The translations under genes and the position numbers were made by a program. From positions 248,001-302,759 of the forward strand of contig JALDZX010000027.1 of NCBI GenBank assembly GCA_022813865.1: a stretch of 54,759 nucleotides of DNA, read 5' to 3'. The stretch is from Xylographa opegraphella. Its lineage: Eukaryota. The notes beneath the pieces were generated by a model. That model was not told the DNA's origin and made no database searches. It saw only the letters and a list, made by a program, of their open reading frames with translations. Shown piece after piece: positions 25,315 through 36,675 of this stretch. Each line of letters opens with the position of its first letter. Positions within the stretch are counted from its first letter, which is position 1.

Positions 25315-26541
25315 GGTGATGGTCATGGCGGTGCGCGAGACAAGGCACTGGGGAAACGAAGCCCAAGTCCAAGGTATCGTAGCTTCAAGTGGAGGGAGAC
25401 AGGACGCTAATAATCCTTTCGTAGCTCTGATATATTTTCCTCTCTCTTCAGATCGTTCGCTAGGCGCCTACGTGCAGAAGAATCGGCCGAGCTCTATGGC
25501 AGGGAGTGACAGAAGAGCAGAGATCAACAGAAGCCGACATGTTGCAAGTTCCGGGTGTTACAGACTATATAGAAACATTGGCCGACGAGAAGATGCGCAG
25601 TTCTGTAAGCTTCGCATCCTGCAGCGAGAGACAACAAGACTCGCTGCTGCTGTGCCGTTTCGCGGGTTTCAGACCAAGGCCGCATGACAGACGTGGTGGC
25701 GCAATCTTTTGATTTGCCGTGTAATTCAAAGTGCTTTCTTCAGCTGTCCAGCCGCTGATGTTGGTGGGCGTTAGCTGCCCAGTCCCCTAATCATGTAGGC
25801 GGGTAACCCCTAGAAGAGCACCTAAAGCCCGAAGTTGGGGGCGCCATGACTTTCTGTCATCTAGTCCCGAAGCTACCACGCTCAGCCCCGGGGCTGTTTC
25901 GACTAAAGCCTACGAGGTGGGCTGAAGTCTTGCCTCAGTACTGCAGTGTAACCGTCGTTGAGTAATAAGGTGGTGGTATACGCCATCGGTCGTGTTCATC
26001 GTGAGTCCGGTGCCTTCTGAAGACATGCGAGACATAACTTAGTAGGGCTGGCAATGAAAATTCGGGAATGAGGCGTATGCTACAACGGATCCGATGTAAC
26101 TATGACCGGCCTCGCAAGGATTTCCACTCTCGTCCATTGCTTCGAGTTACTCCCTCAAGCGGTGAGACTCTCAACGTCGTAGCTCACTCGGATTCATGAC
26201 ACTGCCGCGTTGAAACAGAGAGAGAAACAAATGCCACTGTACAAGTGAGCAACGCGACCTTAGGCTTCCGATGAAAGTATACCATTTGGTATCCATGACA
26301 TTTTCGTGATATCTATTGTTGATGGTGTCGTTCCTGGAGTTGGGGAGAGCTCATGCTGTTATGGCTCGAGATGATAAAACGAAACTTCATGTACCTGCGC
26401 AGTCTGGTCGCGCCTTCCAGTATATTGCCACAAGCCTGGATGGTAGGATAGTCCTGCTATTGGCAAGAATTTTCAAGTCTCTTCTTCAAAGTTCCAGATC
26501 ACGTCTTCGTCTTGACACACATTCGTTACTCAAGTGTAATT

Positions 26542-27187
26542 ATGCTCAGCATGTTTACGCTCCACTTCAGTATTCTCCTATGTATCAATGTCCTTTCCGC
26601 CAATGCCCAATCAGCTGAGATTCTTGTTGCGGCTCAGTCCAAACTCCGGATTGACCCTGTCCGATCCGGGCTGGGTCCGAACTGGCAGGGCGGAACAGAC
26701 ATCGTGTCTTATGCAAACAGTACTTACTCATCCATCGTTCTCTCCCGCGCCAGCAATATGCTTACAATGAACAGGCTCGCTCTGGATTGGCGGCATGAAG
26801 TACGAGATTTACTCGGAACCGTTCACCTTCGCGGCTGACTCCCAACCGGCGACCTCGCTGCTCTTCACGTCCTACCATTCCACCCCGACTCACGCTCAGT
26901 ATGTTTACGTGGGTGCTAATTTCACCCTGCCTCTCTTCTCCTTTGCGGGACCAGTCCTCCTACCCGCCTCGGGCGCGTTCGGCATTACAGGGTTCGACTT
27001 CGACTCTACCAACAGACTGAGCTACCAAGGAAGGTACGACTTCGTGGGTTGCAGAAACACTGCCCTTGAAAGCCTCCTCGAGACATATGAAATATGGTGG
27101 GCCGGCGGTGGACAAGCACCGAATGGGACGACGTGTACACCGCCACTGTTTCTCTATCGTGACACAAACTGCACGACCTCTGGATGA
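26542..27187 (+). CDS. Small secreted protein (~196 aa), cell-wall PhiA / IgE-binding-protein-like; exons 26542-26719, 26775-27187
   Basis: Signal peptide MFTLHFSILLCINVLSANA; intron GTACTT...GCTTAC...CAG restores YANSSLWIGG; QYVYV, GFDF, FVGC and a C-terminal Cys resemble the fungal secreted beta-rich cell-wall family. Confidence 0.6.
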
Positions 27188-27530
27188 GCTCCAAGTCAGA
27201 CGAGGGATTGGTCCAACTTCAGGTATAAAAGCTTGGTGTTTTGGCTGATGGAGTGCATCAACAGACCGACCGGCGCTGTGGGAACTTGCAATGAAACAGA
27301 AGTCTACAGTGGTTGCTTGAGTGCTTAGCACCCTGTAGAACATAAAGAAATCCAACCCACATAAACTACGCTTACAACCACGGGATAGAATTCGTTCATC
27401 ATGCAGTTCTTGACTTACTCAAAAAAGATCAGCACCGAGTTGCGGTAATACACCAAGTCCATGTAATCAAACAACATGCGCCTCTTGCTCCGAGACCCCT
27501 TCCACATCCTCGTCCTCTATTACTCCGCCA

Positions 27531-27959
27531 TCAACTCCCCTTATAGGTCGTATAGCTCCAAGGACCCAGCAGAACAGGCACATGCCAATGCCCCTTCCCC
27601 TCCAACGCCTCTTCCACATCCACGAAGAACCTGACCTCCACTTCCGGGTAGAAGGTCTTGCCCGTCCCCCAGTATGCTTCCGTTTCGAACTTCAGGGACC
27701 ACACCATTTTCTTGGAATGTGTTTGGCCGCGGTGGGTGAGTTGCGCGATTTCCGGTAGGATGTGGGGCAGCGGGTTGACGGACTGCGGCGTCCATTGGGA
27801 GATGCGGCCGTCGGTGGATGTGAGGGCGGTGTATCTGGTGTTGGGAAAGGTTACTCGGTGCGAGAGGAGAGTCAAGGTCACGCGGATGGATTTTGCGGGG
27901 AGGCCGGTGGTGGAGTCGAGTACGTGAGTGGTGATGGGGTCGCGCACGCCGGTAGACAT
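27531..27959 (-). CDS. 5-hydroxyisourate hydrolase (transthyretin-like), 142 aa
   Basis: PITTHVLDSTTGLPA, TSTDGRI, FYPEVEVRF, HWHVPVLLGPWSYTTYKGS. Confidence 0.93.
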   Translation of the reverse strand: MSTGVRDPITTHVLDSTTGLPAKSIRVTLTLLSHRVTFPNTRYTALTSTDGRISQWTPQSVNPLPHILPEIAQLTHRGQTHSKKMVWSLKFETEAYWGTGKTFYPEVEVRFFVDVEEALEGKGHWHVPVLLGPWSYTTYKGS

Positions 27960-28221
27960 CGTTGGAGAGCGGCGGCAAGGTCGATGGTGCCGAAGCGAAT
28001 TGTTTCTTGATGGCAATGGCTGTACTTGCCGTTGACCGTTTTTGGATTACTCCGTACTACTGAGTCCGACTCACAAACATCGAGATTGGCGCTAGTCACC
28101 AAACTAGTTAGCGTATCTCTATTCAGCTTTCATCTCGAGACTAGAGTCAGAAGTGCTGAATATCAACAATATACCAAGAATTTCTTATACTAATATCCTG
28201 AATCAATGGCCGCAGATGTCC

Positions 28222-29419
28222 TCACGAGATCCCTTCCTCCAAGTATTCGAACCCCCGCGGCACGTCCGACTCCTCCGACCCCTCATCGACAACATCAGCT
28301 CCCCTTTCCGCCCAAATCCTTCCCACCTCCTGCACACCCCCCTTCCCCATCCCCAACACACCTCCCATCCAGCCTACCCACTCCCATGGCCTCTCCCCAC
28401 CCCCGGGTAGCCCATTGAAGTACTCCCACCCCATCACGCCTCCAAACCCTTTCAACCTGCTCCTCAGACTCCCCAGCACCTGTCCCAGCACCTCGGGCGG
28501 AACCCACCCGGCCCCGTTCCCTGGGTTCGTCACCACACCGACCACGATCTTCTCGACCGGGAAACCCCGCGCGATGATCATCTCGTAGTGTGCCGTGCTG
28601 CTCATGTCGCCCCACCCACAGTAGAACTGCGTGTTATACCACGCGATCTCGCGCCCGCGCATCACCTCCAATGCTTCTGTTGATAGATCCCACCATCAGC
28701 ACAATCCCCTGTGTATGAACGAAAGTCCAAGTAGCCAGTGTTTCAGCGCTCGCTCAACATTGATAACTCACGACAAGGATTGATCGCCCCGCAAAACAGT
28801 TCTCAACCTGAACCTATGTTCAAACAAGCCTGCTCAGACGTCCCACCCACTCACCATAGCTAAACTCCGCATAGTTCTCGATCCGCCGATCCACCACCAG
28901 CGCCATCGCCACCGGCGCCAGCGTGATCAAGAAGCCCGCCCCGAAATCCGCCCGCAAGCGATCGATCAGCCGTACCACAGACCCCAGGGAGACCGGCTCC
29001 TCGATATCGAGGTCGATGCCGTCCAGCCGATGCGTCCGCAGAAAGTCTCGTAACGGAAGATAGTGCGTCTCAAAAGCGGCGTCGGAGCCGTCAAGGAGGG
29101 AAAATGTCCCGCGTGCGGCGCCGCCTAGCATGCTGAGAACAAAGATACCGGCGGCGCGGAGGAGGGCGACTTCGGACCAGAGGGGGTTGAAGCGTGGGTG
29201 GGAAGGGGGGTGGTTGTTTAGGTGAAGGGGTGGGAGTGGCTCGAAAGCGGAGGAGAGAGTGGGGGAATTGAGGTGAATGGCGGCGAGGATGATGTGGGTG
29301 GGACGGGTTTGAGATTGGGTGAGGAGTGGGAGGAGGGAGATGGGTTTGTCGGTGGCAGTGTGGTGCGTTTGGTGGTAGATGATCAGCCGGGGCGTGGGCC
29401 GGATGGGGATTGGTGTCAT
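28222..29419 (-). CDS. GH18 endo-beta-N-acetylglucosaminidase-like (cytosolic Eng18B type); exons 29419-28855, 28676-28222
   Basis: RLIIYHQTHH, THIILAAIHLN, MLGGAARG, catalytic LDGIDLDIEE, ITLAPVA, WYNTQFYCGWG, FGGVMGWEYFN; no signal peptide. Confidence 0.85.
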
Positions 29420-29752
29420 CACGAATCGATAGATATTACAAAGGAAAGGAGAGCTTGGATGAGGTAGGTGTGATGAGGACGAATGGCCGGCTAGGTAGGT
29501 AGATATCAATACTCGCCTAGTAGTAGGACACTTAGGGTTTGATGACATAAGAAATCTATCCTTGCAACGGCGGCGGCTTGTTGTCCCGCCAATATATTTG
29601 CCATGGATACAGCGGATTCGAACGACTAATGACTATATTACGCTACAAGGAACTACAGCAACGTCAAACTCTATACCCCACATTTTTGAGCTTTCACTCG
29701 TCCGCTAACAAATCTCCTTGATATTCGCCTAGGAATCTAAGCGGAAGCAACG

Positions 29753-30670
29753 ATGTCTCGTCCCGTCCTTCCGGGTGGAGGAGACAACATACAAAATCAT
29801 GACCACGATGAAAGGAGTACCCCCAAGTAAGTCACGCTCTGTCCGCGCTCAGCCATTCAGATATACTGATACTCACACCTTCCACAGTTCGGTATCAAGC
29901 TCGGAGTATCGTCACCATCCCGAACCATGCGCTGTCGAAATATACTAACATAAGGTACTCAGCAACAAATCAAAGCGCAAGCCAAAGGGAGCAACCAATG
30001 TCGAAGCGTCCTCCCAGCCCACCCACGAGCTTACCACCCCAACGTGCAGCGCCTGCTCCAAACCGGAGGCATCTGCCGCCTCGCCGCTCCAGCGCTGCGG
30101 ACGATGCCACACAGCCAAGTACTGCTCGCGCGAGTGCCAGAAAGCCAACTGGCCTAGCCACAAGAGGCTCTGCAACCGCCCAGGCTCAACGCCCCAAGCC
30201 CAGCCAAAGCCAAAGCCAAACGCCGGACTGGAGTACATGATGCACATGCTCTCTCAGACGGGCGGGCCCGGTGCAAACGCCTTCACCCAGATCGACGACG
30301 GGACCTATTTCGAGCGCCTCCCGGAGAAGGACGCCTTCGTGCAGATCATCGACTCGTACCGCCTTCGCATTGAAGACGAGTACACTTTCCATGGCGATGC
30401 TGGCGGCTTCTATGCTGGAGAAGTCCCGCTGCCGGATTTCCGGCGCTACTTGAACCGGGCGGAGAAGAGGGGTGGGGTGTTGCCAAAGTGGTGGAGCCGT
30501 GAAAGAGGACAGTGTGTGATAAAATGGTCGTGGACCGGGCGCAGTGGAGCGACTGGTACTCGGCGGTGGAGAATGTCGATATCATGCAGCACTATGGGGA
30601 TAACATGATGCCGATGAAATTGAGGATGGTGGCGGAGAAGGTGGAAGGCTCGAATGTGATGGCCAGGTGA
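29753..30670 (+). CDS. MYND zinc-finger protein with an apparent 1-nt frameshift near 30502 (pseudogene or sequence error); 5' exon structure tentative
   Basis: CSAC...CGRCHTAKYCSRECQKANWPSHKRLC; IDSYRLRIEDEY and LPKWW family motifs; the conserved tail AVENVDIMQHYGDNMMPMKLRMVAE lies in a shifted frame. Confidence 0.8.
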
Positions 30671-31207
30671 CAGGGCTGCAGTGCTCGCGCCATGCTGCGG
30701 GTGAAGCACCGGGGATTGTAATTCGTTGAGCCCTTAAGTTTGATTGTGGCTATTTATTGAATGTACGAATGGCGCTGACGGACTCGCTTCGGGTTGCTTA
30801 GACGGTAAAATCACAAAACACGGGCCTCATACTGAGCTCTCAAACAGCTACACAAGGTTACCAAGTGGCGGGACTTGAAAGGTCAGGCAAGAGCTTCACA
30901 TTATGAGATAAAAGTGATAGATTGAAGGTGCTTGTGTCTGCGCTCTGAAATTCACGGACAACTTAAACGACTTAGACACTCACGTAGCTCTGATCTAGAA
31001 TGTCTTCCAAACAATACTATCTAAGGTAATAACCAGTAATCCAATTCCAAGCCCTCCTCGGAAGTCAACCGCCGAATTTCGACTAATTCTCCTTTCTATG
31101 ATCAAAAACGAACTGCGTGTCGCCGGTATAATCCTGTGATATGAAACTGGTGGCTGATGCTATTTCCTGCGGCAGCTTCCGGTAGTGTTGGCAACCAACA
31201 GCGGGGA

Positions 31208-32908
31208 TCAAAAACCGTCAACAAGAGATAGAAATCCAAGCGGTACCGCAGTGAGGGTGACCACGAACAGTAGAAACGAGAGGAGAGAATGGAAACCTTT
31301 GTTGATCGAAGCCGGCCAGTACACGAGAGGGGCACTGATCCACATGACGGCGACGTACCACTTGTACCACCAGTACCGGCGGTCAAGCTGAGTAATCCCG
31401 TTCTTGATTTCCTTCGGAATACTGTTGTTCCTGCTGAGCATTGCAGGGGACGGTGCCAGGTTTTCGGAATGGATATATCCAACAAAGGAGTATGCCGGGT
31501 TGTCCGGTAGGAAATCCCACAAAGGAAGGGGGACCGATACAAGCAGCAACATGGAATTACTCTCAAACGCACTTTCCGTTCGGACGAGCTCTTCTTCCAC
31601 ACGGCGAACACGTTCTGGGTCTGGAAGCGTTGGAATACTTCTTATATAAGTTGTAGTGTCTTCCTGTGATTTCGTGGGCAGTTGTAGGCTCCAATCCTTA
31701 TGGCCAGGGGAATAGCTGACACGTATGGAACTGATGTTCTCCGGCACTCGTTCGCTGAGGTATGTAAGCCACTGCTTTTTTGAAGGTGGCTGAGTGGGGT
31801 CTTTGAGGTTGATGGATATGACGATTCTATCCTCAAACAAGGAGTCGTCTTCATCTGTTACGGTGCTTGCGATTTCTGTGAGAGGAGGACTGTTCGGAAG
31901 GTTAGGGTGGCCGTGGGGTCTGACGTAGTGCATAGGAGGTGTCAGCGGTGGATTTTCATTCAATGGGCGTAGAGGAATGCAAGAAGCATCTCCGTCAGAT
32001 AATGGAAAGTGCCGAGGAGTATAGTATAAACGGTTAGCGTCTCTTCGTGCCATCAGTCGTTTGCTGACTTTCCAGGCCGTCAGTTTTTTCGTGTGGTCGT
32101 CTTTCAATATTTCGATCAAATTTGACGTGAATGAGTTGTCATGCACACCGGTTGTCTTATCCTCCATTGAGCACGCTGCTAGAACCTCTTTGGATCCACT
32201 AATGGCTCCTCTTGTACCAGCCGTGGACGCGTAGCAACAATCAAGGATGAAAAGCACATCAGAGACTGCATCTTCAACAAGCAACGGTTGGATTTTCGTC
32301 CAATTAACGGTCACCGAATCGCTTCGCCGAGTGCTGCATTTAGATCAGTATCGATAGATTAAGAATATATAGAGTTGGGCGAAATATGACAGTGGTATTT
32401 GACACAACAGATAAATAACGAATCAAGGTATTGGTCAGAAACTTGATGATTGAAATAATCATTCGCAAAACCTCGTATAACGTATGTGTACTTACGCTGC
32501 CCAAACACTCTGGTTTTTGGGTTTGATACCGCCGGGTTTGACGCCGTGCCCCCCATAGTATACGATCAGTAAATTATTCTCATCTTCTTTGTCATATTCC
32601 CTTCTGAAGTCCATGACCTTTTCCTGTAGGAACTTTTTCGGGTCCTTACTTGGGATGCACTCGCATTGAGTCTTGTAGTGGTAAAGCCGTTGGAATACTT
32701 CATCAAGTTTGGCAACCTCCGTATGGGTTTGCAGGTCATCATCTTCCCAGCGAAGCAGAAGAACGTAGACTCCGTCATAGTACTTGGATTGGGTCGGAAA
32801 TACACGTTTCAAGGAATGTGTGAGATCTTCAACGAAGTCGTCTAGCGATACATGAGGCTTTGAGAAATGTGCAACATGCGTATCCGTTCGAGGCTCAAGT
32901 ATATCCAT
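31208..32908 (-). CDS. Caspase-fold (C14-like) protein with C-terminal transmembrane helices; exons 32908-32496, 32333-31208
   Basis: VLLLRWEDDDL, LLIVYYGGHG (His), DVLFILDCCYA (Cys), EVLAAC, SFTSNLIE; intron GTAAGT...ACTGAT...CAG; two hydrophobic helices at the C-terminus. Confidence 0.8.
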
Positions 32909-33980
32909 TCCGGATTGGCCAAGGATCTTGCAACGTTAGCACCAGTGATCAAAAACTTCCTCTATGGGAACGGCATACCTCGAGCTGGTCATTATCAATG
33001 TTTTCCATAGTCGGCGGTTACTTTGCAATCTCCGGTTGATAGTACTTGGTCAAGGCAACCTTTACACCATCGTTTGCCAAAGCTTGAGGAAGGGCTCCCC
33101 ACTATATAGATAGTGTAGACAACAAGGCTCCATCGAGGCTCTGACAAGGGCAGCTGAACAAGTGGTTGTGTAGTGGCGCAAGGTTCTATTGGACAACTCG
33201 AAAAGTGAATATGGGTAGCAAAGCGAATCCATTGGGCAGAATTTGCCTTCTTTAGATCGCGACCACGGTTGAAGGATCGGGCATAATTGCCTGAAACACG
33301 AAACCTGCTGGTGCAAGTTCTTCAGCCTCGCCTCGTCGTACATCCGCTAAGCAAGCGGCTACCACCCAAGTCATTTGCAATTTGACCTGTAGCGATGATA
33401 CCTGCGAGACACGACACGATTAAATTCCATAGTGGCAACGCGGTTATGACTGCTCATACGCAAGAGCCTGCTGAGCTCGAAAGATCAAAACAACTCTCAA
33501 GGAAGGCGCTCATATAGAACAAGGCAAATTTTACGGAGTATTGCAAGCCTCAGTTGTGGGCGCGTGATACGTCGCCCCCAAGTTCTCACTTGTTAGTCTA
33601 AAAACTTCAGCAAATGACTCGACTGCATCTCAGCCACTTTGACACACTTCCATCAGCGTAGAGCCTGCGACATCAGTCATCAGCGGCGATCACCGCTCGG
33701 TAGAATAATTCAGTCATAAGAAGGAGCTGAACGGTGGATCAGAATCATATATTCGCTTGAGTCATGGTTGTGCGCATTGCTTGATGGAAGGTCACTCAAC
33801 GCGCCGTTACGAGATGTGAAGGATCAAAGGTCGCCGTCGGCGAAAAATCCTTTTACACCCGAGAAGCTAAGTTAGGGAGGGCAAGTGGGCCAGTAGATAG
33901 CTAGCTAGTGCCCCTAATCCCCCTAAACATTTCTACCCAGTTGGACCTTGGACGGGTCAAGAAGGGCGCCTCACCTCCCA

Positions 33981-35319
33981 TCACAAGTCCTCCTTCTGCC
34001 TCTCACCCCCTATGCTTCTTTTGCCTCTCCTCAGCCCCTCCACCCCTGCCGTCACAGCTTTCAAATGGGCAAACGTATCCGCATCCTCTCCCAACGCCCA
34101 TGCAAACACGCCTCCCAGGCCCTTGTCCTCCACAATAGCCGGGAACTTCCTCGCAATAGCCTTGGGCGTGTCCCAGCTCCACCAGAGATTTTCCGTCGAG
34201 TCCCAGTAGTAGTGACCTCCCGCCTTCTCATCATACCGTCCGTTCTTCATGGCTTTTCGATATGATAGCGAAAGCTCTTCCGGGACAGCGTCATGCCATG
34301 AAAAGGCTCCTGATTTGCCCAGATCAGCACCCGTCTCGGGGTCTTCCATCAAGCTGGTCTTGCAGCCTATAGGGTACCGACTGCACGAACTGTGAGGTGC
34401 TGTTCTAAACCATTTGATATAGAAAGCGAAGCCAAGATTGAGCTTCTGCGCCGGGACGCCGTTCTTCATAAACGCATTGATACCATCTAGCGAGAGTGAA
34501 ACACCGGTGTGGTGCTTCGTGACATTGTCACGTCTGGTCATCAGGTCGTAGGTCATGACGTTAAAGAAGTCCAGCGAGGCACTGATCCTAGGGACTGTGC
34601 GCTTGGTGAATGCCATCATATCCCGCGGAAGGCCCGGGACCGCTGCAGAAATAAGCTTGTCGGTCCCAAGGGCGGAGCGGATATCTGCAAGGAGCTTTGG
34701 GTAAGCGTCGATTTCCCAGATTCTCGCGGAATTGGGGATTGTCTTGTAGTCTTCGCCGTTACCACTGGCGTGCAGTCAGTCACTACGTACAATGACAACT
34801 CGTAGGTTGCTACGAGGTGATGGTACTAACCCCGGATATTCCCAATCGATATCAACGCCTGGGAGTCATCAGCAAGCATTGACAATGAACTTGCCGTCCC
34901 GTGGCCTACCATCTGCTCCAGTTGCGTCCACCATTGCTTTCACGTTCTGAGCAAACAATCTACGGCTACCGTCCGTCGCTGCGGCTTGGGAGAAACCAGT
35001 AGTGTCGCCCCATCCGCCAATGGCGACCATAACAGCGGTTCCAGGTAGAAATTGTGACCGAACATGTTCAACTGTTGTGAAAAGCGGCCAGGTCGGGGGC
35101 TGCGCCGCATTGAATGTGTCGGGGCGCATGAAGGCAAGAGCAACATGGGTAACCTCTGACAGAAGGGATTTATCAGGGACAACATTATGTTGCCTGGACA
35201 ATCATTACAAAATGGAGAAGAGAGAGACTTCCATGAACCAACCCTGTGAGGTACATGATACACCTGGCGCGAGAGGGACCAGCCATTACCATGAGTGACA
35301 GCAATATAGAGTAAAGCAT
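33981..35319 (-). CDS. GH18 chitinase with signal peptide; exons 35319-35243, 35193-34910, 34858-34831, 34764-33981
   Basis: MYLTGQH, THVALAF, VAIGGW, DGVDIDWEYPG (DxxDxDxE, split over a 28-nt exon), NVMTYD, LGGVFAWALGED; ends in KEDL. Confidence 0.93.
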
Positions 35320-36478
35320 GATGCGGAAGACAGTCGGGTCACAACCAGACCAGACAACGTCTGGGAAGTGCTACACGGTACTTGGAAATTTGACTTTACT
35401 GAAGTACTAACCAATAGGACGAAGCAGTTGTATGGATATCTCCTTCGAAGCCGAAGTTACCTGAAAAACCGGGGCGGGTCGGGCCGATGTTGATCATTCA
35501 TACTCACCATATCCGACTCGATCGCCCCTACCTGATATGGATTACGTTCTCATTCCAATATGGGGCAATATCGAACTGTTCAAGCATAGGAGACATGAAT
35601 TTTGATAGATTTAAAAATTAGATCACGCGAGTTAATGGATAGGATATCAGATGTGACCAGCATTCACAGCCCAGGCAGCCTGCAGGCTATACCCAAATGA
35701 ATTCACCACCACCTATACTCAATTCTATTCAAATCAGAAGAGGTATTTACTAATCTTCCTGATCCTGTCCGGTGTGTTGTCCCGAAAAAGGTACTACCGA
35801 TCTTGAAGCAGGATCAAGCGCGTCCGCATAATCAGGTCATGACCATCGTCCACTCCTTTTCAGTAGACTACTGTTCGGAATTCGAACCCACGGCTATGCG
35901 ATTCGGTATACGCTAATTGCACCATCGCATAATCCCCTTGTAAAGATCTGTGCTCTACAGTAACCTTCAGCGATAGCCTAGTATAGAAATCTGGGGAAGT
36001 CAGTACTAAATCGCAAAAATTGGACAGACTTGGATATGCAGACAGCAGCGCTTAATCTCTTGTTTTGTCCTGTAGCGATGAGGAGGATACTTGCAGTTTT
36101 GTTCGTGCCATGGTGGTAGTGGAATGCTGGAATAAGACTTGCAAGCCACGTGTCTGGCAGCTTTCACATCCACTACGGAGCAGGTTATAAATGTTCTTTA
36201 CATAGATGATGCAGGCAATAGTTGAGTCACCCTGTAGAACAACCGGTCCTGAGCGTCTAAAGCCTTATGGCACCGACTATCATTGTAGCGAATGTACTCT
36301 CAGCCTCAGGCAAGACACCATTGTAAAAAGAGCACTCAGCGAGGCGAATCGCATCCAGGCGATCATATGAAGAAGGCACTGTGCATCGTGGCTGCCGTTG
36401 TTGTGGTTGAGTAGTACTATGATAATTATGTTAATAGATATATATTTTATAATATAAGTGATTTTGTCCAACTCAAGC

Positions 36479-36675
36479 CTGGGCGGTTACATCGGGTAGC
36501 TCAGGACGAAAGGCTTGCCGGAAGACCCTCCCAACCGGGGCGGCGCGACAATCGGTAGGAAGCAAACAATGACCCTCCGGAGGCGAGTTTCGTATGAGCC
36601 CCCGGGCTCAAAGCTTTTGCCTCCTGAAGGGTCCGGGTTCGATCCCCGGTGTGCGCCAGTAAAGTTATCTTTTTG
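36479..36675 (+). ncRNA. tRNA-like structured element / putative Pol III transcript (not a canonical cloverleaf)
   Basis: T-arm CCGGG-TTCGATC-CCCGG then TGTGCGCCA; A-box-like TAGCTCAGG; nested stems GACCCT/AGGGTC, GGAGGC/GCCTCC, TGAGCC/GGCTCA; TTTTT runs downstream and an AT-rich TATA-like tract upstream. Confidence 0.45.

Noticed and set aside
36500..36515. GGACGAAA as a hammerhead ribozyme core
   Set aside because: No upstream CTGANGA and no stem II partner
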